Shown: in pieces, positions 51,439 to 62,992 of the stretch
Numbering within the stretch: the stretch's first letter is position 1
How the letters are laid out: each line of letters opens with the position of its first letter
DNA from: a virus
IMG/VR virus record: IMGVR_UViG_3300038312_000193
DNA length: 64,000 nt
Direction: 5' to 3' (one strand)
Notes under the pieces: model-generated
Told to the model about the DNA's origin: nothing
Seen by the model: the letters and a program-made list of their open reading frames with translations, nothing else
Databases searched by the model: none
Translations under genes and position numbers: made by a program

Positions 51439-52182
51439 TTAAGCAATTTTGTGATTTTTGACTCTTTCTAAAGATAAATTATAATATTCTTCATCTGTTT
51501 CAAATCCTATGTAATTTCTTTTGGTATTTAAACAAGCTATCGCTGTTGTACCAGAACCCATACAATTATCTAAAACTAATTCATTTTCATTTGTGTATGT
51601 ATTAATTAAGTATTCAAATAATTCCACTGGTTTTTGAGTAGGATGAACTTTTTCTTTCTGATTTGCGTTACCGATTTCAATAATGCTTGTTGGATAGTAT
51701 TCATCATATATTTCTTTTTCTTTAGGTTGATTTATAGTGCCATAACAATCACTTAAAGAATAAAGTTTTCCACCTTTACTTCTCTGTTTTCCTTTTCTCA
51801 TAATTGGATTATATGTAGGCATTTTTTTATAAAAACATAATATTAATTCATGTCTTCTTAAAGGTTGTCTTTTGGCATTTAAAAAACCTGTTGATAATTT
51901 TTTATCCCATATTAAATCATATTTAAATAATTTATTATTACTATTAATTAATTTAGTTGCAAATGGTTGTGTAGCAGTAAAACACATCATCCCATTATCT
52001 TTTATAATTCTTTCATACTGCTCCCATAATGGTTCAAATGGAATTATCTCATCCCATTTATTTCTTGCCGTAACCCCATACGGCAAATCACATAAGATCA
52101 TATCAATACTTTTATCTGGTATTAAACACATACCATTTTCTTTAATACAATCTTCATTATAAATAGTATTCAATTCAATCAA
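51439..52182 (-). CDS. N6A/N4C DNA methyltransferase (beta class)
   Basis: CDLPYG, HPTQKP, DNCMGSGTT. Confidence 0.92.
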   Translation of the reverse strand: MIELNTIYNEDCIKENGMCLIPDKSIDMILCDLPYGVTARNKWDEIIPFEPLWEQYERIIKDNGMMCFTATQPFATKLINSNNKLFKYDLIWDKKLSTGFLNAKRQPLRRHELILCFYKKMPTYNPIMRKGKQRSKGGKLYSLSDCYGTINQPKEKEIYDEYYPTSIIEIGNANQKEKVHPTQKPVELFEYLINTYTNENELVLDNCMGSGTTAIACLNTKRNYIGFETDEEYYNLSLERVKNHKIA

Positions 52183-52491
52183 TTTATGTATTATTATCCT
52201 CCTTATTTTTATTTTATGCTTTTAATAGTTTTTTTTCAGAAAATCATGCCTCACAAACGCCCAAATTTCGGACTTCATTTCTGCACCAAATAGAGAATTT
52301 ATCAACACTCCTCTTTAAATGCCTCGTAACACCCTTTTGTATATTCAATTATTTCCATGTCTTCACAATCATTACAATTAAGACTACAAGAGTATTGCCC
52401 ATCTGTGATTTCTTCTACGTCAGCACACCAACTGCCGTATGTATTACACCATTTAGCCATATTTACCTCCAATCATTATGAAACATAGTTT

Positions 52492-52908
52492 TTATGCTGA
52501 TATTTCTTTTCTTACTCTCATAAGAATTTTGCCCAACATATTCTTACCTCTACCCCTGCACACTCCCCAATATATATCATTCCATGTGTTTCCTTCTATT
52601 AACTCCTCATTACCAGTATCAACAAGTCTTTGTCTTAAATCTTGGTTACGAGTAAACTTATCCTTAACACATTGATACATCACTTCGTCTTTAATATCTT
52701 CCCAATCATTTCTAAGTAAAACATTTCTACCTTTCTTCTTTGCTGTTGAAGGGTCAAGTTGGCAAAATTGTTTTCTACGTTCTATATCTTTTACTTTAGC
52801 AGATTGAAAAGCAGCTTCATTATTTTGGTAAAGTAAATCTTCAAATATTACTGGTGCAGAATAAAAATTACTAAGAAAATAATATTTGCCTTTAAATTCA
52901 TTAATCAT
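52492..52908 (-). CDS. NADAR (YbiA-like) family hydrolase
   Basis: FLSNFY, EAAFQSAK, KKKGR, KF..N..L...L..TG, D.YWG, G.N.LGKILM.VR. Confidence 0.92.
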   Translation of the reverse strand: MINEFKGKYYFLSNFYSAPVIFEDLLYQNNEAAFQSAKVKDIERRKQFCQLDPSTAKKKGRNVLLRNDWEDIKDEVMYQCVKDKFTRNQDLRQRLVDTGNEELIEGNTWNDIYWGVCRGRGKNMLGKILMRVRKEISA

Positions 52909-53033
52909 ATTTATAACCTTCCTTTTAAATCGTGATCAACCTCAAATTTTATTCAAATATTTATCTATATATTGTGCCATCAATTGTTTTATGTCAGAAT
53001 ATATAGTATACTAATCTTTTTATTTTGAGTAAT

Positions 53034-54761
53034 TTATATTATTTTTTGTAGTTTCTCCATATATCCCCTATTAACTATTATTATATTATTATCAAAATTT
53101 AGATGATAAAGTTTAAATCCATTGTAATCATAAATATTGGTTATAACTGCTTTAACATTATTATAATTAATTTCTTTTATGTAATCTCCAATAATGTGTT
53201 GTACTTTAATCTTATTTATAATGAATATATCTCCAATTTCATATTCTTCTCTATCCCATAGTAACTTTCTATCTTCAGGAGAAGCAAAATCTAAATATCC
53301 ATTAAAAGTTCTTCCGTATATTTTATTAATTTTTATTTTACGCCATTCACAATATAAATTATCATCAAAATTCATAAGATCACAATAAGTCTCTTTTAGA
53401 GAATCATTTTTATTACCAATAGCTAAAATATCTCTATTATTATAATTAACCGTATAATATTTTCCATCATCCATTTCTAAAAGATATCCCGCTTTAATAT
53501 CATCTATATTGTACATACCTTTCTCCTTTCTTAACCAATTCGATTTTTGGTTTTAATTTTATAGATTACCAATATTTTATTTCCCCATTTTTTCTTACCT
53601 ACTATTTTTATATTATTTTTTAGTTATAAGTTCTTTTTTTAATCTTTCTACTTCTTCTTCAACAATCATAATAATACATGGTTCACTATCTTCATCATTG
53701 TTAAACTTAACTAATTCCAATTCTTTACCGTTATATTCATTACCATAGATTTTATACATAACCAAATAATCTCCATCATCACAAAGAATTTTATGACTAT
53801 TAGAAAATCTCTTTTTACATTCTTCGTATGTCATATTAATATATCTCCTTTATTTAATTCTCCTGTACAATATTATTATAATCAGTTTCAACGACACATT
53901 TTTCATCAACTCTAATTTGTACTAAATTACATTCACTATCCGCACCTACCACCTTACCTTTAACCCCTTTTAGGATACCATTTAAAATTGTTGCTTCTTG
54001 ATTGACTTTTACAGCCATTATTAATCCTCCTTTACATAATTGTATTTTTTATTTTCTTCTCTTAACGGACACCAATCTGGACTAGATTTTTTATAAACAT
54101 TCATTGGAATAGTTAATGCATCTAAAAAATCATCATCAAAAGTATTACCGTAAGTATCATAATCTGGGACAACATATTCACATACATATAAATATCCGTT
54201 TAAACCGTAATCCTCACAGTTTTCACAGGTCTTGCATTTTGGTGTTTTCATAATATATCATCCTTATTTATTTCTTTATGCTCTTTTTTAAACATATAAT
54301 ATTCATGCTTATTTCCGTCAAATAAAACTCTTTTACAATTTTTACAAGTAAGTTTATAATAGCCTGATTCATAAAAATATTCATCAGGCTCGACACGAAA
54401 TTCTTCTTTCAAATTTTTACAACTACATTTTTTATTATTCTTCATCTTCTATTTCTCCATCTTCCCCTCTAACATTCTTTTTTACAGCTTCCCATAATAA
54501 ATCACATAATTCTATTTGATTATTAGTTAATCGTGCCTCACCCGTTTCAAATAATAATGCTATAGAACATCCATAATCTTCATCTAAAATGATCTGTATA
54601 GGAATATCTTGTGAATAATTATCTCTTAAATATTCTAACATTTCTCCAATAGTAAACAGTTTTCTTTTGGTAATATTAGAATTAGTATCCCATTGCTTTA
54701 AAAATACTTTTTCTTTATAATTCAATTCATCCCATTGTTCTTTTGTAATTTGTTGTTTCAT
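53034..54761 (-). other. Hypothetical CDS cluster (53034-53516, 53613-53834, 54021-54251, 54248-54445, 54435-54761)
   Basis: ORF track, RBSs. Confidence 0.6.
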
Positions 54762-54806
54762 ATTAATTCCTTTTTAATTCATTTTTCTAATAACTTTCAT
54801 ATGTAA

Positions 54807-55165
54807 TATAGAAAGTAATAGTTACCCGAAATACCTACTACTTTCTATAACCGTACCAACCAATACGGATTAGTCTTTTGACAGCAGGGACACGATATTG
54901 TGTTTACTGTTTTTGCTCGACCACAACTATCACTTTCGGGGAGTAATGGTTGAGTTTGATGTTTGATCCACCCTCAGTCTCCGTCAAGGAAACCTACTTC
55001 CCCCTCTTAGTTATAAGAGTCCCCAGATTTTTAGTTTTGTCTGCTTCCCACCCTTTATTCAGACCATGATTGAAATAACAGAGTTTTTTGAATCTCAATC
55101 ATCCCGTATATAATTCCACTACTTTTAATAGAATTTTTTAGCCACTCTGTCATTAGCTAAGTAGT
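54807..55165 (-). ncRNA. Candidate ~360-nt structured non-coding RNA
   Basis: ORF-free, GC-elevated, many hairpins, G-U pairs favour the minus strand, complementary loops CCCGAAA/TTTCGGG. Confidence 0.65.
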
Positions 55166-55271
55166 TTCATTATATACACTCACCAAATTAACTTATAATA
55201 AAATAAAATAAGTATATCAAACTTTATTATGTATTTTTATTATAATTTTTTATATTATAGTTTTAATATAT

Positions 55272-55418
55272 TTAACTAATCTTATTAATTCCATAAAATA
55301 TTACATTAATAATTGCAAAACCAATATTAAGTACCGTTCCACAAATATTTTCTTTTGCCGCAAAATAAGCTGCTAATAGTATACATGCGACTATTAATAT
55401 TAAACTTATAGTAGACAT
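55272..55418 (-). CDS. 48-aa hydrophobic two-helix peptide (not in ORF track)
   Basis: MSTISLILIVACILLAAYFAAKENICGTVLNIGFAIINVIFYG..; GGAGGGGG RBS. Confidence 0.65.
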   Translation of the reverse strand: MSTISLILIVACILLAAYFAAKENICGTVLNIGFAIINVIFYGINKIS

Positions 55419-55471
55419 ATTTTCCCCCCTCCCTGCTTTTAAATATTATTAAGATCAAGCTCTCCTCTATT

Positions 55472-55500
55472 AGTATAATATCATATGTATTATTTGTCAA
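55472..55500 (-). promoter_or_regulatory. sigmaA promoter
   Basis: TTGACA-17 bp-TATACT. Confidence 0.8.
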
Positions 55501-55599
55501 TATTTATTTTTTGCTTTTAATGAAAGTTTTTTATAAAATTCATAGTTCAAGAATCCCAATATTTAGGCATCCATTTCATGATAGAACTAGAATTTTATG

Positions 55600-58500
55600 T
55601 TAATCTTCATTTTCAATATTTATATTAATAAATATTTCATCCTTTACTATTTCTACTTCTTGACCAACATTATGATATTCTGATTCTCCCAACCATTTTA
55701 TTCCTATGTATGATACAGACTTATTATTTCTCATAAAATCAATATGAGTAATGTCACTATATTTATTAACTCTTTCATATTCTGGTTTATTCTTAATTAT
55801 TAATTTTGCTTGCGTTGCACTTTTGTCCAATTCAAAACCGTCATTTTTTCGATAACAAATATTATTTATAAATAATCTTTCTTTAATATCTCCTAACCAT
55901 ATAAATCTAACATCACTCATCGGAACTTGTATTACTTCACAATTTTCAAAAACTATATCAATTCTATCTATTTGTTTTCCCATTACTTCTCCTTTCTAAA
56001 ATCAACACCAAATTGATGATTTATTATATTATTTATTTTGGTAATATAGACATTAATACATTTCTTAAATCTATATTGTCTATTTCTTTTCCAGTTTCAA
56101 CTTCTCTAATAGATAAATTATCTTGTATATCTAAATTTCCTTGAAAAGTAACTATTTTACCTAATTCAGTTTCCCAAACTAATCCTAGAATTTTCTCATG
56201 GTCTACAATAACATACATTGGTTTACTTTCTCTCATATTAACTCCTTTCTTTAATCACTACCAAAGTGATATTCTATTTAATAAAGTGATCCATTTTTTA
56301 TTGATCTCCCAATAATATAACTTATTATTATAACAACTATAGGAACAACATATTTAGGGAATGTAACACAACCTATTATGACCCCTATTATTATACTGAT
56401 TATTAAACCTATTAGTATTAATCCTATTAAACCTAACAATACTGTCACAAGGATATCTAATAAAATATCTTTCAAAATAAAATAATTTCCTTTCTTTAAA
56501 GTTTGAATGAAACGTAGATTTGGTAACGAAATATTATCGTATTTCATAATGTACGCAATATGTAATTCCTTTAACACAACATTCATCTTCTTTATGTTCA
56601 TCAATATATTCACAATCAGAGCAATTCTTTTTCTTATAACATGAATTACATAAACATAATTTAACGCACATATCTTACCTCCAAATTATTATAGAATACA
56701 GTATTGAATTGATTTTATTATTTATATCTTTCATAGTCTTTATCTGTCATTAACTCATATGAAAAATCATTTAATTCACCATATCCTTTTTCTACACATT
56801 CATCTATATGTAAAACACAATCCTCTTCGGAATCAAATCTGTCAGACCATAATTCTCCATTTAATAAGACTTTCCACTCCACAACATCTTCATATTTATA
56901 TCTACTCATATTAATCCTTTCTTAAATATTGTTTTAAAACATTCATTTGGTTTTAACTTTCTACTTTTACCCAAAACCCATCTGCAAAATTTTCTTCAAC
57001 TTCCTTGATAGAATAATTTACATTTTCTTCTATCTCTCCATCTTCTACCCAAGTAATTATATATTTATTATCTTTCATTATTAAATTATATAGGTGATTT
57101 TCAGTAGGAAATTTTTCTATTAAATCTTGACTTAATCTAAATTTTACTTGCAAATTTAAACTCCTTTCTAATATTTAATCCAAAACTAGATTCTGATTAA
57201 ACTCTAATAAATCTATCAAGATATTTTTTCATGACTTCTTCAGTCTTATTAACTTTAATTACTTCATCTATATATTTGTTACAATCTTTACACATATATG
57301 GACTTACATGATTTTTGATATCAGATAATGCCCAAGCATAACCAAGCCTTAAAACACTTTCAAATTGCTTTGTAGGAAACATGTCATTAAATAAGTTTGT
57401 TACTTCTTGATTAATTGGATTTTCTTTACGTCTAAATTCCATAATTTCTTCAATTCTATTTAAGTAATCTTTATCATTAGTCATATGTATTTCCTTTCTT
57501 TATTTTAATAATTTTATAAAAGAGAAATTTGGTTGAAATTAATCTAAAACTTGTTTAATCGTATGTGTTAACCCAACGCCTAATAAAAATAAACAATAGG
57601 CTATTGTAATAATAACAAGGGTAGGTTTATCAAAAACGAACATCATGATAAAACCAATTGGAGCTAAAATGCACAAAGGAACCCCAATAATATAAGGCAA
57701 CAAAGATAAAAAACGATCCATAATTCTCCTTTCTATATTGAGTTAAAAGGGTTATTTGATTACGATTCTAATCCCAACCTTCAGTAACATCTAATACCTC
57801 ACCGCATTCACATTCAACTTTGACGACATCATCTAATCCAGTAGGAATAAACGTATAACTCAATCTTACACCCGTAACGTCACCACGTTTACTTGCATTG
57901 CATTTATGACCAGTTTCAGCATTATCCCATTGTTTAATTTTTTCTATTTGGGTATCACTTAATTCAAATACTCTCATAACTGCCTCCCTTCACTCGTTAT
58001 AAAATCGGGGTTTTAATCTATTAATTGTTTAATTATTTCTTCTTTATCTTTTTTAGATAACTTATCACTTTCTTTTAACAATCCTAAAGCATCTTCTTTA
58101 TGTTCTAGTAGATATTTTTTAATATATTTCGATTTCATTTGTTTGATATAATTAAATTCATTCCATACCTTTTTAATAAAAGGATAAATCTTATCTAAAA
58201 AATCATCGTTATCTATAAGATGTATATATTCCAGAATAAAATTACCAATACTATTATTTTTTAATCCTGTCAATTTGGCATAATCAATATTATCTAATAT
58301 AATTTTTACTTCATTTTCATTTAAATTTTGATATTTATAAATATTTGCAAAATTATTTCCATGCGTTTCAGTCATTTTTTGTCCCATTAATTTAAGATAC
58401 TTTTCTGTTTTTAATAATGGATTTCTCAATACATATTGCCAAGGTATTTCCGAATAATTTTTATTACATTGCTCTTTAACGGATTTCAAAGAACTACTAC

Positions 58501-60538
58501 TCCAAAAATGCAAATTATATTGAAAGAAATTCCCATTGCAATTATAATGATTTCTCATAGTATCAAAAAAGATATCTAATTCTTCTTCATTCCAATCTAT
58601 AGGCAATCTAAAATTATTAATATCTTTTGGTCTTTTTATATTAAGAATATTAAACATTTCAATAATTTCATTTTTGTGTGAATAATATTCTGTTAATACC
58701 CTTAACCATAATGGAGTTTCTTCTGTTGACCAAGATTCTTCATAATCTTTTTCATAAACAACCGCAAGGAATTTAGTGAAATTATCTTTATTAATATTGT
58801 TTGAGATTAAATCAATGAATAGAGAATTTTTACACTTTTCATTCGATAATTTAACTTCCTCTTTTAATTGCCTTGCTTCATTTCGTAATTTTTGATTTTC
58901 TTCTCTTAGTTGAATATTGTTGTTTTTAATATCATCAATTTCGCTTTGAACTGATGCTAAAAGGATAGTTTTACATTTCTCTCTATACTCTATAAACAAT
59001 TCATCTAAAGGCGTTGGCTCATAAATCTGCTCATCATAATATTCATTATATCCATACATTTTTTACTTCCTCCTATATTTATTTTTATAACATTATAAAA
59101 GCTGGATTTGGTATTAATCTTGCTCACCACAAAATCCTTTAACCAACCACTTAAAAGTAGCATACAATTCTTCTAATGATTCAAATTCACTATTAATATT
59201 TAATCCCCTGGTAAACACATCATATATATCTACTTGCTTATTAAGACTATATCCCTGGTTAATCATCCACCCTGTTAAATTATCAAATAAGTGTTTAATA
59301 TATGTCTTCTCTCCATCATGCCCATTTGTAAATTCATACACTGTTTCAATACTTATGGAATACATTTTACTTTCTTTATTATAAGTAATATCAATGTCAT
59401 TCATTGTATATAGATTTGCTTCACTATAAGACGGATCGTTTGCTGATTTGATTCCCCAAATAAATTTATATGTATCTTCGTATTTTTCATATTCTTTAGA
59501 ATATTGATGTTTATTCCATAGTGATTTTAATTTACGAAACATATTATTCTCCTTTATTATTATATTATACATTTAATGTAAAATCAAACATTTATAACGA
59601 TTTTATATACTAATTAGTGTAAGATTTACTTCCATATCATTTTGATAAATATCAATATTTCTTTGTAAAGATTCTTGTAACTGTTTTATTTCATTTTTTA
59701 TTCTTATATCTTTTTCTTTGAATGTTTTATCACCAATCTTTATATTTCCTAATTTTCTTAGTAGTTGAATAATTCATACTTCCTCCTTCTTAATTTGTAG
59801 CATCTGTATTTTTTGGTTTCCTACTTTTCTTTTTCTCTTTACTACTCTCATATACCGATTTCAATAATTGCCCTACATATGTATTAGTACCCTCATAAAA
59901 TATAATCACTTCGGCCTTTTCTTGTTTGTTTAAAGTTTCAAATTCTACAATAAGATGTTGTATTGCTTGCTCTACATTGTTACATATAAGTAGAATGTCA
60001 TCAGAATTCAAACCGATTATATTTGATTTACGTTTCAATATGTATACTCCTTTCTATATATTTATATTATAATTTTAATACAATGTTTGAATAAAATCAA
60101 TAGTTGGTCATATTATTTATTGCAGTTTTAATATTCCTGTTTGCATTTCTTCTAACATAATTATGTATTTATATTTTTCATCTATAATTTCACTTATATT
60201 GCATTCTTTATCTGAATCTTTATGAAAACTAATACCATCTAAATTGCAGGTTTTATAACTTTCTCGATAATCATGACTAATACAATATCCGCATTTGCTT
60301 TTAACACATTTCATTATCAACCCTCCTTTATTTTTACATATTGATTCTTTTATATTAATATTATTGACTCTTCTTTAGATATTGTTAATTTTCCATCTTT
60401 ATCAATATGAATATAACAATCTTCTTTAGGTTCAAGATATATATCACCATTTGCATAATGAATAATAGTAATATTTTCAGCTTCAATAGTTAATTTATTT
60501 TCATCTATTGTAAACATCGAATTATTAATCACAATCAA
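55600..60538 (-). other. Array of about 14 small hypothetical CDS, mostly one per pair of sites (includes 58013-59059, 348 aa)
   Basis: ORF track; most have an RBS and end at or in a palindromic site. Confidence 0.7.
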
Positions 60539-60550
60539 ACCTCCATTTCA

Positions 60551-60925
60551 TTAAGATGCTTTTATCAAACTTTTATGATAATCTTTTAAAAATTGTGGCG
60601 TTTGCATTGTTGTATATCCGACCATTTCTTTTATGATTTTTCTTTTAGATTTAAACGTCATAAGAATATTATTATGTTTTTTATGATACCCCTTACGACC
60701 TAGTATACAATTACATCTATAACAACAAGTTGCTAAATTATATTCGTTATTATTTCCTCCTTTACTTTTAGGAATTATATGATCTAATGTCGCAATATTA
60801 TTAGGCATAGGAGTATTTTTATTGGGATAATATACTATTACCTGTTCACCACAATACAAACAAGTAAAATTATCTCTCTCATATAATTTTATATGATTCA
60901 AATTATCACCTACTTTCATTAGCAA
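60551..60925 (-). CDS. HNH endonuclease
   Basis: RDNFTCLYCG, TLDHIIPKSKGG.N...NL..CC..CN. Confidence 0.88.
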   Translation of the reverse strand: MLMKVGDNLNHIKLYERDNFTCLYCGEQVIVYYPNKNTPMPNNIATLDHIIPKSKGGNNNEYNLATCCYRCNCILGRKGYHKKHNNILMTFKSKRKIIKEMVGYTTMQTPQFLKDYHKSLIKAS

Positions 60926-60944
60926 ATGATGTTTTGGTTATGAT

Positions 60945-62956
60945 TTATCTTCTATATTTAATTCTTATATAAGGCCAAAATAAATCAACTACCCAACCAT
61001 ATATTCTAAGATAAATCTTTTGCCACCATTTTAAATGAAAATTTTCAATATAAAAATATTTCATTTTTCCTCTTGTTGTATTGCTCGAATATATTGATTC
61101 AATTTTACTACCATTTTTAAATTCAATTTTCATAATGCCTCCAAATCTACATTTCATAAAAATCTGATAACATAATATATAAAATCAAAGCATTTCTTTT
61201 GCCAATCTTAGATTCACAATAAGAGATTTTTTCTTCTGGATTAATCCTAACATTAAATTCTACAATAATATTTCTGAATTGTTCCATAAAATTATTAATA
61301 ATTTCATTTCCATCTTCATCGCGACATAATCTACAAATCAATATCCTTAAATATGCACCTGCTTTATCTCCGTCTATTGGTATAACACTATTATAAGCAT
61401 TTTTCAAAAATGTATCATAGGCAATGTAAGATTCTATTGTAAGTTTAACATAATCCTCTATTGGTATTTGATAAACATTTGCTACAGAAGAAGACCTGTA
61501 AAATATTTTTAAAATATCTTCATATGAAATTATTCCTTTAAACCCTGGATATTTTTTAAATTCTTGTTCTACTACGTTGTATAAAACATTGACTGCTACA
61601 TCAAAGTTTTCAATATTTGTATCACATTCTTTCAAATACACTTAATCACCATCCTCCTTTCATTCATTATGAAATGTCTATTTGATTATTACTTTTCATT
61701 TTCTAATTGTGTTATAAAATTCATCATTGCCTTAATAGATAATAAAGCACCTTTCCGAGCCTCAATTGGTATAACATCATTCTTTTTCTTTTGTCCATCA
61801 ATTAATTTTTGTTTTTCTTTTTTAAGGTAATCCAAAACCGCTTTTCTACTTATTAAATCATTATCCATTTTTATACCTCCATTACTTTTAATAGAATACC
61901 GATATTATTCAAATTACTCAATATAAATTGTTAATGAATTATCAATAACTTCAAGTTTTTTAACTATCGCTTCAACATAACTATTCGCTAAATTATCTAA
62001 GGTTTCAAACTCGGCAAATGATCCATATTTCTCACTCTGGAGATAAATTCTAGCATTACTATCTGTACAATATACCTTTGAAATATCCTTTACTTTCATT
62101 TTTAAAATCCTCCTTTTAAAAATCATTATCAAATATAAGTTTCGTTTAATCTATTAACTTATATTTAAAAACAATCTCACGTTTTCCACCACACATATCA
62201 TCAAGTATTTGTTGCATTTTTTTAACTAATTGCTCTCCTGTCATAACTGGTTCATGCGGTAAAGTTTTAGCTATTTTAGGAACTTCGATATATACAACAT
62301 TACAATCAGTCCACTTTTTTATTTTAACGCCCATTTGCTCCCATGCCCCTAACATCCCTTTAACTATTAATTCATTCATAAAAATTACCTTCTTTCTTAG
62401 ATAAGTTAATCTATAGGGAGAAGCGGAATATTCTCGTCAGAATATTTTCACTACCACTTCTCCCACATGTCAAAAAGGTTGATGGACTCAGTAGTTAGCC
62501 CATCTAGCTAACATATAAAAATCAAATGCTAATTCTATATTAACATAAATTATCTATATCTTAATATCAATAATACCACACTCAGCATCATTGTCAACAT
62601 ATTTATTTTATATTTTTAATTAAAAATGAGGATAGAACTTCTTCTTATCCTCTATCTTTATGCCAATGGATTACAACTTCTCTACATTCATCAAAAGTAT
62701 TAAACATTAATCCATATTTTAATGAATTATAAGAAACGTATAAATCACAATTATCTTTTATACATTGCTCTAATCCACAACGTTTTTTAAAACAAGTAAT
62801 ATAAAAATGGTAATTACCATTTGGTATGTGAAAAATAAAACTTACCAACCCTGTTTCTCTATTTTTATGTTGCCAAGTTTCATATACTTTTCTTTTTTTA
62901 ATTTTTTGAAATTTCACTTTGTCATTCTCCACTCTTATTAAATATGTATTAGGCAT
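60945..62956 (-). other. Further small hypothetical CDS (60945-61157, 61147-61641, 61914-62132, 62146-62379, 62645-62956)
   Basis: ORF track. Confidence 0.6.
62570..62597 (-). promoter_or_regulatory. sigmaA promoter with extended -10, heading the accessory array
   Basis: TTGACA-16 bp-TATTAT with TG at the extended -10 position. Confidence 0.7.
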
Positions 62957-62992
62957 GTGGAATTACTGAATGACTATGTGAAATTTTAAATA

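Larger units (their letters stand above)
48242..62655. repeat. Dispersed array of about 27 12-6-12 palindromic sites at gene junctions
   Basis: Left-arm starts: 48242, 48854, 49154, 49906, 51371, 52279, 52472, 52929, 53528, 55575, 56001, 56254, 56685, 56928, 57173, 57510, 57737, 57993, 59089, 59572, 60085, 60915, 61134, 61663, 61885, 62122, 62626. Confidence 0.85.

Noticed and set aside
62433-62439. CTGACGA (minus strand) as a hammerhead ribozyme core
   Set aside because: It forms the tip of a simple hairpin, with no correctly placed GAAA or stem III
48242-62655. Repeated sites as a CRISPR array or as terminators
   Set aside because: Copies are degenerate and separated by whole genes; arms are AT-rich and mismatched, lack consistent U-tracts, and are conserved in sequence rather than pairing
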